DNA of 64,000 bases from Thermoanaerobaculia bacterium (GCA_044226625.1 JBGAGQ010000026.1:1-64000), one strand, 5' to 3'. Counted from the stretch's first letter, positions 47,720-58,019 are shown. Numbers and translations: made by a program. The notes: a model not told the origin generated them from the letters alone.

Positions 47720-47988
47720 GCGAGCTCGCCCAGCGGCCGGATCGCGGTCACGCTCTCGTTCGGGATCAGGATCCGGTCGAACTTCTTCCAGATGCCGAAC
47801 TTCGCCGCGCTCGCGAGGTACTGGTCCCGCGGCGTCGCGTCCCCGTCGCGGTGGACGTCGGCGTCGTGGAGGATGACGCCGCGGTCGGTCACGTCATCGC
47901 AGCGGCCGACGAACAGGTCGGGGCCGCTGGTTTCGACCACCACCGTGATGCCGTGGAGAGGGCTCTTGCCCTGATGAAAAGTCCCCAT
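47716..47988 (-). CDS. Small hypothetical protein, Sm-like pattern
   Basis: VVVET...FVGR...GVILHDADVH; operonic. Confidence 0.6.
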   Translation of the reverse strand: MGTFHQGKSPLHGITVVVETSGPDLFVGRCDDVTDRGVILHDADVHRDGDATPRDQYLASAAKFGIWKKFDRILIPNESVTAIRPLGELA

Positions 47989-48003
47989 GCGGAGGGCGTA
48001 TCG

Positions 48004-48432
48004 TCAGGCCGGGACCGCGCGATGCTCGGCGAACGCGTTCGTCAGGTCGGCCGCGACCTGATCGGCCGAGCGCCCTTCGATCCGATGCCGCGGGAGGAAA
48101 TAGACCAACTCGCCGTCCTTGAAGTAGGCGATCGACGGGCTGCTCGGCGGAATCTGCCCGAAATACGAGCGGGCGCGAGCGGTCGCCTCGAGGTCCTGGC
48201 CGGCGAAGACGGTCGCCACGCGGTCGGGGCGCTCCTCGCCCGCGATCGCCTGGCGCACGCCCGGGCGCGCCATGCCGGCGGCGCAGCCGCACACCGAGTT
48301 GATGACCAGCAGCTTCGTGCCGGTCTTGTCGTTCATCCACTGGTCCACCTGGTCGGCGGTGAGCAACTCTTCCACTCCGATCGAGGTCAGCTCCTCGCGC
48401 ATCGGCCGGACGAGAAGGGGGCTGTAAGGCAT
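48004..48432 (-). CDS. BrxA/BrxB family bacilliredoxin
   Basis: NSVCGCAAG.ARP, TVFAGQD, PPSSPS, RHRIEG. Confidence 0.92.
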   Translation of the reverse strand: MPYSPLLVRPMREELTSIGVEELLTADQVDQWMNDKTGTKLLVINSVCGCAAGMARPGVRQAIAGEERPDRVATVFAGQDLEATARARSYFGQIPPSSPSIAYFKDGELVYFLPRHRIEGRSADQVAADLTNAFAEHRAVPA

Positions 48433-48550
48433 CGCGATGTCCTCCTGCGGGTCGCGGGCGCGCAACAGCGCGCCCGGTATGGGTCGTGATGATTCTAACG
48501 TCGAGCGGGCCGGTTGGATTCCGGGCTCTCGATCCGGGGGAAAACCTCGG

Positions 48551-49456
48551 TCAGCCGGGAGGGATCGCGGCGAGACGTTTGCCGATCTCGGCGAGCGCCG
48601 CCGATCGGTCTGCCAGCTCGACGCCGATGCCGGCGAGGAGGTTCGGCCCCCCCAGCCCTTCCCCACCCTGGGCGTCGATCCGGTGGACCACCCGCGCCCG
48701 CAGCGGCACCATCCCCTCGAGCGGCGCGGGAAGATGCAGCTCGATCTCGACCAGATCGCCGATCTTCGCCGGCAGGAACGTCGCGACGAACAATCCCCCG
48801 TGGGCTAGGTCGCGTTCGTAGACGGACCGGAACTGCTCGAGCGACGAGAAGCGCACCGCGATCGGCACCGTCACGCCGGCCGAGGCCTTCCCCGGCGGGG
48901 CCGGCGCCGACGGCGCGCCCAGGCGGACGATCGGAACGCGCTTGGACGACATCGAAGGGGAACGAGCGGGAGCGGGCGGCGCCGGCGGCGTACCGGGGCG
49001 CGCGGGTTGCGGAGCCGGCGCGGGCACGGGCTTCACCGCCGGGCGGGATCCGGTGTGCGCGGACCACGGGTCGACGGGGGGCTCCGCGGGATTCTCGGTC
49101 GGCCGGCCGCTCCGATCGGTCGGAAAGGCCTGAGGGAACAGCTCGCGAACGAGCGTCTCGATCGGCAGGAATCGGAGCCCCATGCCCGACGTACCGAGCG
49201 CCGAAAGCTCCAGGCTCACCTTGTGCGCGTGGGCGACCTCCGCCTCGACCATGAATCCGCTGCGGGGATCGAGCACCTCCACCCGCAGCCGCGCCCCTTT
49301 CGGAAACGGCTGGTGCGTCACGACGAACATGCCCGTGGTTGAGATGTTCGTCGTATAGCCGTTGACCGTGCGCTCCTCGCCCACGCGCCAGAAGCGCACC
49401 GGCAGGCGTCGGACGACGCGGTCGTTTTCGCGGCGGTTGGAGATCATTGACTGCAA
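48551..49456 (-). CDS. Double PilZ-domain protein (TIGR02266-like)
   Basis: RENDR + NISTTGMF; second domain DLAHGGLFV...GIGVEL. Confidence 0.85.
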   Translation of the reverse strand: MQSMISNRRENDRVVRRLPVRFWRVGEERTVNGYTTNISTTGMFVVTHQPFPKGARLRVEVLDPRSGFMVEAEVAHAHKVSLELSALGTSGMGLRFLPIETLVRELFPQAFPTDRSGRPTENPAEPPVDPWSAHTGSRPAVKPVPAPAPQPARPGTPPAPPAPARSPSMSSKRVPIVRLGAPSAPAPPGKASAGVTVPIAVRFSSLEQFRSVYERDLAHGGLFVATFLPAKIGDLVEIELHLPAPLEGMVPLRARVVHRIDAQGGEGLGGPNLLAGIGVELADRSAALAEIGKRLAAIPPG

Positions 49457-49507
49457 TTCTAACGGTTTTACCGAAACGGACCTATTCGCTCGATCGAGCG
49501 GTCCGAC

Positions 49508-50617
49508 TCATCGCACCCCCGGCATCGGCTCCCAGGTTCCCGCGGGCGCCCACGGTTTCGCGGCGGCGCGGACGATCAGGCGCTCGTCGTCTTTCCAGTG
49601 GCGGTCGAGCATGTAGACCCGAGGATCGACCGGGGCGAGGACGCCGCGTGGATCGCGGCGATGGACTTCGTAATGAAGCTCGGGAGCGAGCGCCCAGCCG
49701 CTCTTGCCGACGGTGCCGAGACGGGTGCCGCGCGCGATCCGGGCACCCGGGCGGACCGCGACTTCGTCGAGGTGGCCGTAGGCGGTCGCGAAACGGTCGC
49801 CGTGGCGCACCACCACCACCTTGCCGAGCCGGAACCAGGAGGGGCTCGATCCGAGCGAAGCTTGGCCCGCGAACGCGACCACGCCGGCCGCGGCGGCGAC
49901 CACCGGCGTGCCGGCGGTGGCGGCGAGGTCCACCCCCGGGTTCGACTCGAGCTCTTTGGTGAACGGATTGCGGTGGTTGCCGAACGGCGTGATCAGGACC
50001 ATGTCCTCGCCCGCGAGCGGACAGCGGGAGGGGATCTCCGCCACCTCGGCCGGCCGGCTCGCCTCGTAGCGGCGCACCTCGGCGAGCCCCTTGTCGAGCG
50101 CGGTGAGGTTGCGCGCGATCACCGAGCGGATGTGCTCCCCCTCGCTGATCGCCCCGGCGTAGATCGATTCGTCCTCGTCGCGTGGCGACGGCCCGGCCAA
50201 CTCAAGGTGGCGCGCGGGCAGGCCGTAGGCGAGACGCAGCTTCGCGTGCTGCAAGCGTAGGTTTTTGGTCTGCCCGTCGAGCTCCGAAAGCTCGGAGACC
50301 AGCCCTTCGAGGCGCGCCCCCTGGTGCGACCGCTCGATCTCGAGCGTCTTGATCTCGGCGCCGCCGAGCGCGGCGGAGAGGACGTCCTTGGCGAGCGCCA
50401 GGCCGAGCGAGACGAGGAAGAGATAGCCAAGGATGAGCGTGCAGACGACGGTCAACGCGAGCCGGCCGAGCACGAGATAGCGGACCTTCCGCCGCACGTC
50501 GGCGGGGTGGATCTGTACCTCGACGTACCAGGGGCCGGCGGGGGGCCCCGCCGAGGTCCCCAACGTCTGCGGCCGGCCCGGGCGCTCCGCATCGCGCCGG
50601 AGCGGGTTAGGGCTCAA
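49508..50617 (-). CDS. M23 family metallopeptidase
   Basis: PFGNHRNPFT...NPGVDLAA, AYGHL, PELHYEV; TTG start overlapping the suhB stop (uncertain). Confidence 0.85.
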   Translation of the reverse strand: MSPNPLRRDAERPGRPQTLGTSAGPPAGPWYVEVQIHPADVRRKVRYLVLGRLALTVVCTLILGYLFLVSLGLALAKDVLSAALGGAEIKTLEIERSHQGARLEGLVSELSELDGQTKNLRLQHAKLRLAYGLPARHLELAGPSPRDEDESIYAGAISEGEHIRSVIARNLTALDKGLAEVRRYEASRPAEVAEIPSRCPLAGEDMVLITPFGNHRNPFTKELESNPGVDLAATAGTPVVAAAAGVVAFAGQASLGSSPSWFRLGKVVVVRHGDRFATAYGHLDEVAVRPGARIARGTRLGTVGKSGWALAPELHYEVHRRDPRGVLAPVDPRVYMLDRHWKDDERLIVRAAAKPWAPAGTWEPMPGVR

Positions 50618-51453
50618 GGGCGAGCCTCCCGGTCGGCCGCCAACAGCTCGGAGATCCGCGCTTCGGAGGCGTAGCGGGCGATCTTCGCTCGCAGCTCCGG
50701 TTGGACGAGGGCGCCGCCCGCGATCACGTTGCCGGAGAGGAAGGAGCCTGGGCCGCCGTCGACGTCGGTCGCCCGCCCGCCCGCCTCCTCGATCAAGAGA
50801 ATACCGGCCGCGATGTCCCACGGCGAAAGGCGGAACTCGAAGAAGCCGTCGTACACCCCCGCCGCCGTGTACGCGAGGTCGAGCGCCGCCGCGCCGCAGC
50901 GGCGGATCGCGCGGACCTCGAGGAACACGTCGCGGAACGCCTCGAGATAGAGATCGAGGGTCGGATGCGCGCGCCACGGATATCCGGTCGCGAGGAACGA
51001 GCCGCGCAATCCCGGGCGGTCGGAGGCGCGCATCGGCCGCTCGTTCCAGGTCGCGCCCTCTCCTCGGGCGGCGGCGAATCGATTGCCGCATTCCGGGTCG
51101 ACCACGACGCCCGCGAGCAGCTCGCCCGAGCGCCGCCGGCAGGCGATCGAGAGGCAATAGACAGGCAGCCCCTGAAGAAAGTTCGTCGTGCCGTCGAGCG
51201 GGTCGATCACCCACTCGAGATCGCTCGTCCCGCCCGCGTCGACGCCCCGCTCTTCGGCGAGCACGTGATGATCCGGAAAGCGCTCGCGCAGGACGCCGAC
51301 GATCGCCGCTTCGCTCTCGCGGTCGGCGCGCGTGACGAAGTCGTTTTCGGCTTTCTTCCGGACCTCGAGATCGCCGCTCCGAAAGTAACGGCGGAGGACG
51401 GCCGATCCCGCGTCGGCCGCGGCCAGCGCGGCGGCGAGGAGCTCGTGGGTCAT
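50614..51453 (-). CDS. suhB: Inositol monophosphatase family protein
   Basis: DFVTRAD, WVIDPLDGTTNF, GAAALDL, WDIAAG. Confidence 0.92.
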   Translation of the reverse strand: MTHELLAAALAAADAGSAVLRRYFRSGDLEVRKKAENDFVTRADRESEAAIVGVLRERFPDHHVLAEERGVDAGGTSDLEWVIDPLDGTTNFLQGLPVYCLSIACRRRSGELLAGVVVDPECGNRFAAARGEGATWNERPMRASDRPGLRGSFLATGYPWRAHPTLDLYLEAFRDVFLEVRAIRRCGAAALDLAYTAAGVYDGFFEFRLSPWDIAAGILLIEEAGGRATDVDGGPGSFLSGNVIAGGALVQPELRAKIARYASEARISELLAADREARP

Positions 51454-53327
51454 GAGGTCCCTTTCTTCCCGGCTTTTTTCTTTCCGGCTTCGGCGGGCGG
51501 ATCGACGACCGGAGCCGCGCGCGGGGCCGCCGCCGCGCGGAAGTAGTCGCGCACCGCTTTTTCCGCGGGCCGGCCGAGGAATCGGAAGTCGGGGCGCCGG
51601 GAGCGTTCCGCCGCGCGCGCCTCGTCGCTGAACGATTTCCAGACGAACATCCCGGCGAGCCAGGGGCGATGCTCGAGCGCGGCGAACAGCGCCCGATAGG
51701 CGCGGAGCTGCGCCTCCTCGTCGAGGGCGCCCCCTTCCTGGTTCGGCTCGCGCCAGGCGGCGCGGCGCGCGGGGAATCCGACCTCGGTGAGCAGCAGCGG
51801 GCGGCGCGCCCGGCGCGCGAGGAGCGCGAGCCGGCCGGCGACCTCGTCCGCGCCGCGGGCGAGCTCCGCGTCGCTCGCCTCCTCCGCCGTCGACAGCGGG
51901 TGGTAGGAGTCCACGCCGACGAAGTCGACCGCGTCCCAGAACGGCACGTTCGCCGCCCGGTCCCAATTCGCGGCGTAAGTGATCCGGCCGGGATAGATCG
52001 CCCGCACCGAGGCGATCAGCTCGCGCCAGGCGCGCTCGCGCAGGGGCCCGACGGTCGTGCGGTCGAGCTCGACGCCCACCGAGAAGAGCTCGGCCTTCGC
52101 CCAGGCCGCGAGCATCGCGTGATGGAGGACGAACCGCCGGTACGACGACCACCAGGCCGACCAGCCGGCCTCGTCGGACATCTCCACCTCGCCGGGCCAG
52201 CTATCCCTCCCCACCCAGATGTGCGGCTTCCAGAGCACGGCGAATCCGCGCTCGTGCGCCCGGCGCGCCGCGTGGAGCAATCCGACGTCGGTCTCCGAAG
52301 CCGGATGGTCGTCGAGGAAGATCAGGCCCGGAGCGCGGGGGTCGCGCTGGTAGGCGAACGGCATCAGCGACACCGCGTCGACCGAAAGGTCCGCGAGCCG
52401 CGCGTACTCCCGGTCGACGCTCGGCGCGTGGTAGCCGCCGTCGATCGAGTTGAGCATGGCGAAGGACACGCCGCGGAGAAACCCGCTCTCGTCCCGCGCG
52501 CCGAGCGGGACGGGCACCGGAGGAGTCGGAGACGATCGAGAAGCGGAGGCCGCGAGCGCCGCGAGCTGGGCGTCGAGCTCCGCCGCCGAGGGGAGATCGC
52601 CGGCGAGCTTCTCGCGCAGCGTCCGCCCCGGGCGGCGGCCGATCCAGCAGGCCGCGACCGGGGCCGCGAGCAATCGGGAGCCGTCACGGCTCCGCTCGGG
52701 CTCGAGCAGCTCCGCCGCGGTGGGAAACGCTCCGGCGCGGGCGAGCGGCGCCAGCCAGTCTTCGGCGCTCCGGCCGTACCAGCCTTGGGACAACCAGAGC
52801 GCCGCGCCGTCGGCGAGAGCCGGCGGGAGGCTCGCGGCGAGCCCCGCGCGTACGAGGAGCCGGCGCGCCAGGGCGAAGCGGTAGGCGTGGCCGTCGTCCG
52901 GGTCGTAGACGAGCGCGAGCTCCGCGCCCTTGCCGTCGACCGCCTCGCCGATCGCTCCGTGGGCGATCGCCTCCGCCACGTAGTCGCGCTCGACCGCGAT
53001 CGACATCGCGAGATCGCCGGTGTAGGGCACCCGCGCCGCCATGTCATGAAGCGCGCCGTCCAGGCTCGCCGCGAAGGCGGGCAGCTCGGCGCGGTATGAA
53101 ATCCCGGCCGCCACAGTGAGGCCGATCGAGCCGCTGCGGATCGCCTCGGCCGCGGGAGGTGTCGGCGGGCCGGCATCGTCCGACGCCGTGGTTCCGATCG
53201 CCGGACCGGAAGGCTCGGCAAGACGTGCCGCCGCGGCGCTCTCGGCCGGCTGGCACCCGGCGAGCGGCGCGAGCAGCAGCAGAAAGCCAGGACGGAACCT
53301 CCTCCGGGAGGCCGGTGACCGCTTCAT
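51450..53327 (-). CDS. Lipoprotein with C-terminal GH113-like TIM barrel
   Basis: LAGC lipobox; WKPHIW, VGVEL, ITYAANWD, VGVDSYHPL, TEVG. Confidence 0.8.
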   Translation of the reverse strand: MKRSPASRRRFRPGFLLLLAPLAGCQPAESAAAARLAEPSGPAIGTTASDDAGPPTPPAAEAIRSGSIGLTVAAGISYRAELPAFAASLDGALHDMAARVPYTGDLAMSIAVERDYVAEAIAHGAIGEAVDGKGAELALVYDPDDGHAYRFALARRLLVRAGLAASLPPALADGAALWLSQGWYGRSAEDWLAPLARAGAFPTAAELLEPERSRDGSRLLAAPVAACWIGRRPGRTLREKLAGDLPSAAELDAQLAALAASASRSSPTPPVPVPLGARDESGFLRGVSFAMLNSIDGGYHAPSVDREYARLADLSVDAVSLMPFAYQRDPRAPGLIFLDDHPASETDVGLLHAARRAHERGFAVLWKPHIWVGRDSWPGEVEMSDEAGWSAWWSSYRRFVLHHAMLAAWAKAELFSVGVELDRTTVGPLRERAWRELIASVRAIYPGRITYAANWDRAANVPFWDAVDFVGVDSYHPLSTAEEASDAELARGADEVAGRLALLARRARRPLLLTEVGFPARRAAWREPNQEGGALDEEAQLRAYRALFAALEHRPWLAGMFVWKSFSDEARAAERSRRPDFRFLGRPAEKAVRDYFRAAAAPRAAPVVDPPAEAGKKKAGKKGTS

Positions 53328-53603
53328 CCCGCGAACGATACCGCGAGTCCTCGCCCTCGCCGTCGAGGCGCCTCGGCACGATTCGTGCTCTCTGTCGGAA
53401 ACCGCGGGACGCAGAAAAATCGAGGATTCGGCAATTTCGTTGTCCCTCGAAGCGGGTCGAGCGGAAACAGATAGGACGAGGCCGGAAACATTCTCGACCG
53501 CGAGCTTCCAGGAAAGCAGAGCGTGGGGGGAGACCGGGGCCTCGAGCAAGCAGAGCGTCGAAGGACCGAAGCGGCACGGACCGAGGGGAAGGGAGATTCC
53601 AAG

Positions 53604-53963
53604 GTGAAACAGGGAACGTCCGAGAAAGAGAACGATTCGCGCTGGCAGCCCGAGGCGATCCAGGACTTTCTCCGCGCGCGGACCAGCCGGCAGGAGACGC
53701 GCGAGATCGTCCGCGACCTTCTGCGGGGCGTCGGTACGGGCCCGGTCGCCAAAGCGGCGGCGAGCGGCGGAGTGGCCGCGGCGCTCTCCGGTTTCAACGA
53801 CAGCCCGGAGCGTTTCGATCCCGACCCCGGTCGCTACGCCGACGCCTTCTCCCGTCTGCTCGGCGCCGCGGCCGAACGAGCCAGCCGCTCGATCCCGACG
53901 CTCGAATGGCAGGCGGCCGAAGCGGAATCGGTCGCGCGAGCCGGCGTCGGCAGAGAGGTCTAG
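53604..53963 (+). CDS. Hypothetical protein resembling the N-terminus of TPR-regulator proteins
   Basis: GTG after GGGAG; QDFLRARTSRQETREIVRDLLRG...YADAF. Confidence 0.5.
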   Translation: MKQGTSEKENDSRWQPEAIQDFLRARTSRQETREIVRDLLRGVGTGPVAKAAASGGVAAALSGFNDSPERFDPDPGRYADAFSRLLGAAAERASRSIPTLEWQAAEAESVARAGVGREV

Positions 53964-54296
53964 ACGTCCTCGAGAACGCCGCCGGTTCCCCGCCGGCGGT
54001 TAGGAAACCTTCGCGGCGCTTCCCCCCTCGCGCCGTAAGTCGTTGAGCTTCTTCGGCGGGAATGCCTTCCCGCGCTGGAAGAACTGCGTAAATTCACCCC
54101 CCGTTTGACCTTGAAGTTCGATCCGCCTAGAGTCGAGCATTACTCGTTCGAGCTTCCGGCCAGCTTCTTCCCAGGAGCTCGTCGTCCAACGACCTTTCGA
54201 ACGCTCCGGTGGCTTCTCTCCGCGGTCGTTCTCGCGGGAGGTCTCTCCTCCGGCCCTGGAGATCGTGATCTGGAGGGGAATTAAGGAGAAACGAGG

Positions 54297-56000
54297 GTGA
54301 AAAATCTGCACGCCAAGAGTCTCGTAGCGGCCCTCCTGCTGGTCCTCGGATCGGCGCTCGTCCCGGCGTACGCGGAAGACTTCGCTTCCAGCAGCCTCGC
54401 GGCGAATCGGGTGACCTGGGATCTCCAGGGCACCTACGATCGAGCCGTCCTCACCGTCTCCCGTCCCGATGGCACCGTGTTCCGTAAGGAGTTCAAGGCG
54501 GGCGTGTCCCCCGCTTTCGATCTCGTCGACGCCGCGGGCAACCTCGCCGCCGACGGCGCCTACACCTGGCAGATCGTCCTGTCGCCCCGGCTCGACCCGT
54601 CGCAGAAAGCCGCCCTCGCCGCCGCCCGCCGCACCAACGACCCGGCGGCCGAAGCGCGCATCCTCGCCTCCGCGGGGCTCTCGAAGCCCCGCATCCAGTC
54701 CGGCAGCTTCGCGGTCGCCGGCGGCTCGACCGTGCCGTCCGACCTCACCGAGCCCGCCGCCACCCGGCCGGCCGCCGCGCCCCGCGCCACGGAAGGCGGA
54801 GGCCGCGTGCCGAACGACGTCGTGACCGCGGACGACATCATCGTCCAGGGCAGCGCCTGCATCGGTCTCGACTGCGTGAACAACGAGAGCTTCGGCTTCG
54901 ACACGATTCGTCTCAAAGAGAACAACACCCGGATCAAGTTCGACGACACCTCGGCCTCGGCCGGCTTCCCGGCGAACGACTGGCAGCTGACCGCGAACGA
55001 CTCCGCCTCGGGCGGCTCGAACAAGTTCTCGATCGAGGACATCACCGGCTCGAAGGTTCCGTTCACCGTCACCGGCGGCGCTTCCACCAACTCGATCTTC
55101 GTCGACTCGACGGGCCGCGTCGGCTTCCGCACCGCGACCCCGGTCCTCGACCTCCACGTCAACACCAGCAACACCCCGGCGCTCCGTCTCGAGCAGAACA
55201 ATTCGGGCGGCTTCACGGCGCAGACCTGGGACATCGCGGGTAACGAGGCGAACTTCTTCGTCCGCGACGTGACCGGCGGCTCGCGCCTGCCGTTCCGCAT
55301 CCGTCCCGGCGCGCCGACCAGCTCGATCGACATCTCGGCGAGCGGCTTCGTCGGCATCGGCACCGCGTCGCCTTCGGTCAATCTGAACGTCGCGAGCTCC
55401 GGCTCCGGCGTCGCCGACGGCAAGGTGCTGGTCCAGAACTCGAGCGGTACCACCTCTCCGCGCGAATTGATGGAGATCAACAACAACGGCGGCGCGATCC
55501 TGATCTTGAAGGACACGAGCCAAACGCCGCGCTGGAGCTTCGGCACCTCGGGCACCAGCTTCGTGGTCGACAACCAGGCGAACGGCGGCGTCGAGATGTC
55601 GCTCACCAACACCGGCAACTTGGTCGTCCTCGGCACGGTCACCCCGGGCTCGAGCCGCGAGATCAAGCAGGACTTCGAGGCGGTCGACACCAAGGCGGCG
55701 CTCGCCAAGGTGCTCGCCCTGCCGATCACCTCCTGGGCTTACAAGACCGACGCGGGCGTCCGCCACATCGGCCCGATGGCCGAGGACTTCTACGACGCGT
55801 TCTCGGTCGGCGGCACCAACAAGGGAATCTCGGTCACCGACAGCGCCGGGGTCACCCTGGCCGCGATCCAGGGGCTCAACCAGGTCGTCCAGGAGAAGGA
55901 TCGGCAGCTCGCCGAGCTCCGGGCGGCGAACGACGAGCTCGCGGCGCGCCTCGCGAACCTGGAAAAGATGATGGAGAGCTTGGCCGCCAAGCAAAAGTAA
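54297..56000 (+). CDS. Secreted tail-fibre-like protein with peptidase S74 intramolecular chaperone (paralog A)
   Basis: AAGGAG RBS; signal peptide; VGIGTASP-type repeats; GSSREIK cleavage motif, W.YK..., HIGPMAEDF, C-terminal coiled-coil. Confidence 0.88.
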   Translation: MKNLHAKSLVAALLLVLGSALVPAYAEDFASSSLAANRVTWDLQGTYDRAVLTVSRPDGTVFRKEFKAGVSPAFDLVDAAGNLAADGAYTWQIVLSPRLDPSQKAALAAARRTNDPAAEARILASAGLSKPRIQSGSFAVAGGSTVPSDLTEPAATRPAAAPRATEGGGRVPNDVVTADDIIVQGSACIGLDCVNNESFGFDTIRLKENNTRIKFDDTSASAGFPANDWQLTANDSASGGSNKFSIEDITGSKVPFTVTGGASTNSIFVDSTGRVGFRTATPVLDLHVNTSNTPALRLEQNNSGGFTAQTWDIAGNEANFFVRDVTGGSRLPFRIRPGAPTSSIDISASGFVGIGTASPSVNLNVASSGSGVADGKVLVQNSSGTTSPRELMEINNNGGAILILKDTSQTPRWSFGTSGTSFVVDNQANGGVEMSLTNTGNLVVLGTVTPGSSREIKQDFEAVDTKAALAKVLALPITSWAYKTDAGVRHIGPMAEDFYDAFSVGGTNKGISVTDSAGVTLAAIQGLNQVVQEKDRQLAELRAANDELAARLANLEKMMESLAAKQK

Positions 56001-56033
56001 GCTGGGCGGCATCACCCCGTTGTCTTGAAAACC

Positions 56034-56065
56034 GACCGGCGGTTGGCGGGTGCCCACCGCCGGTC
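56034..56065 (+). terminator. Hairpin, probable terminator
   Basis: GACCGGCGGT...ACCGCCGGTC downstream of paralog A. Confidence 0.5.
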
Positions 56066-56293
56066 TTGCGTCTCGGCAGGTCCCTTCGGGGGGAGCGAGA
56101 TGGAACGAGTCGGAATCGGACGTCGATGTCGCGAGTCCCGACGTAACGAGGCTCCGAGCTCGAGCGCCCATCCTTTGAAGTCGTCGACGAGGCGATCTCT
56201 CGGCGCCGGACTCCCCGGACGCCTCGGGGGAATCCGCCTCGTGTCTGACCCGTGGGAAGGTCCCATTGGAATTGGATTAAGGAGAAATCGAGG

Positions 56294-57994
56294 ATGAAGA
56301 AACTGCATGCTCAGAGGCTGGCCGTTGCCCTTCTGCTGATCCTCGGATCGGCGCTCGCTCCCGCTCACGCGGAGGATTTCGCGACCAGCAACCTCGGCGC
56401 GAATCGGGTCGCCTGGGATCTGGAGGGGGCGTACGAACGAGCCGTGCTCACGGTCTCGCGTCCCGACGGTACCGTCTTCCGCAAGGAATGGAAGGCGGGC
56501 GTCCCGCCGGTCTTCGATCTCGTCGACGCCGCCGGCAACGTCGCGGCCGACGGCGCCTACACCTGGCAGATCGTCCTGGCGCCCCGTCTCGACGCCGCGC
56601 AGAAGGACGCCCTCATCGCCGCGCGCCGAACGAACGACCCGGCGGCCGAAGCGCGAATCCTGGCCTCGGCCGGCATCGCGAAACCCCGCATCCAGTCCGG
56701 CACGTTCTCGGTCGTCGGCGGCAGCACCGTGCCGTCCGATCTCACCGAGCGCGCCTCGCGCCAGGCGGCTCCCGCCCCTGCGGCCGGCGGCGGCCGGGTG
56801 CCTAACGACGTGGTGAATGCCGACGACTTCATCATTCAGGGGAGCGCGTGCGTCGGTCTCGACTGCGTAGTCAACGAGAGCTTCGGCTTCGACACCATCC
56901 GGTTGAAAGAGAACAACACCCGGATCAAGTTCGACGATACGTCGACCGGCGCGGGATTCCCGGCCAACGACTGGCAGCTAACCGCGAACGACTCCGCCGG
57001 AGGCGGCGCGAACAAGTTCTCGATCGAGGACATCACCGGCTCGAAGGTTCCGTTCACCCTTACCGGCGGCGCCGCGACCAACTCGATCTTCGTCGACTCG
57101 ACCGGGCGCGTCGGCTTCCGTACCGCGACGCCGGTGCTCGACCTCCACGTCAGCACCAGCAACACGCCGGCCCTGCGGATGGAGCAGAACAACTCGGGCG
57201 GCTTTACGGCGCAGACTTGGGACATCGCGGGCAACGAGGCGAACTTCTTCGTCCGCGACGTGACCGGCGGCTCGCGCCTGCCGTTCCGCATCCGGCCGGG
57301 CGCGCCGACCAGCTCGATCGACATCTCGGCCGACGGCGACATCGGCATCGGCACCGCCTCGCCGGCGAACAAGCTGCACGTCTTGAGCTCGGGCGCGGCG
57401 GTCGACGACGGCAAGGTCCTGGTCCAGAACTCGAGCGGCACGGCGCTCGCCCGCGAGATGCTCGAGATCCGCAACAACGGCAGCACGCTCCTGATCCTCG
57501 ACGACACGGGCAACGCCTCGCGTTGGAGCTTCGGCTCGGTCGGCGGCAACTTCGTGGTCGACGACCAGCAGGACGCCGCGGTCGAGATGTCGCTCACCGG
57601 CGCCGGCAACATGACGATCGGCGGCACGCTCACCCAAGGGTCGAGCCGTGAGATCAAGGACGGCTTCGTCGCCGTCGATCCGAAAGCGGTGCTCGCGAAG
57701 GTGACCGCCCTGCCGATCACCCAGTGGAGCTACAAGGCCGACGGCTCGGCCATCCGCCACCTCGGTCCCATGGCGGAAGACTTCGCCGCCGCCTTCGGTC
57801 TGGGCACCGACGACAAGCACATCGCCCCGAGCGATCAGGCGAGCGTCGCGTTGGCCGCCGTTCAGGGTCTCAACCAGGTGGTCGCCGAGAAGGACCGCCA
57901 GCTCGCTCAACTCCAGTCGAAGAACGAAGAGCTCGAAGCGCGCCTCGCCTCGCTCGAGAAGTTGGTGCAGGACCTGAGCGCGCGACAGAAGTAA
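56294..57994 (+). CDS. Secreted tail-fibre-like S74 protein (paralog B)
   Basis: Collinear with 54297-56000; GSSREIK, HLGPMAEDF. Confidence 0.88.
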   Translation: MKKLHAQRLAVALLLILGSALAPAHAEDFATSNLGANRVAWDLEGAYERAVLTVSRPDGTVFRKEWKAGVPPVFDLVDAAGNVAADGAYTWQIVLAPRLDAAQKDALIAARRTNDPAAEARILASAGIAKPRIQSGTFSVVGGSTVPSDLTERASRQAAPAPAAGGGRVPNDVVNADDFIIQGSACVGLDCVVNESFGFDTIRLKENNTRIKFDDTSTGAGFPANDWQLTANDSAGGGANKFSIEDITGSKVPFTLTGGAATNSIFVDSTGRVGFRTATPVLDLHVSTSNTPALRMEQNNSGGFTAQTWDIAGNEANFFVRDVTGGSRLPFRIRPGAPTSSIDISADGDIGIGTASPANKLHVLSSGAAVDDGKVLVQNSSGTALAREMLEIRNNGSTLLILDDTGNASRWSFGSVGGNFVVDDQQDAAVEMSLTGAGNMTIGGTLTQGSSREIKDGFVAVDPKAVLAKVTALPITQWSYKADGSAIRHLGPMAEDFAAAFGLGTDDKHIAPSDQASVALAAVQGLNQVVAEKDRQLAQLQSKNEELEARLASLEKLVQDLSARQK

Positions 57995-58019
57995 TCGGGA
58001 AAAGACGTCGGACGCTTTC

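Noticed and set aside
26008-48489. Very long alternative ORFs (e.g. 26008-28704, 27662-30046, 31834-35031, 38987-41293, 45391-48489)
   Set aside because: Arg/Ala/Pro-rich shadow frames of well-supported genes, expected in high-GC DNA.
54297-57994. Prophage tail region or DGR template/variable repeat pair
   Set aside because: Both genes have signal peptides and host-like context; differences are not adenine-specific and no reverse transcriptase is present.
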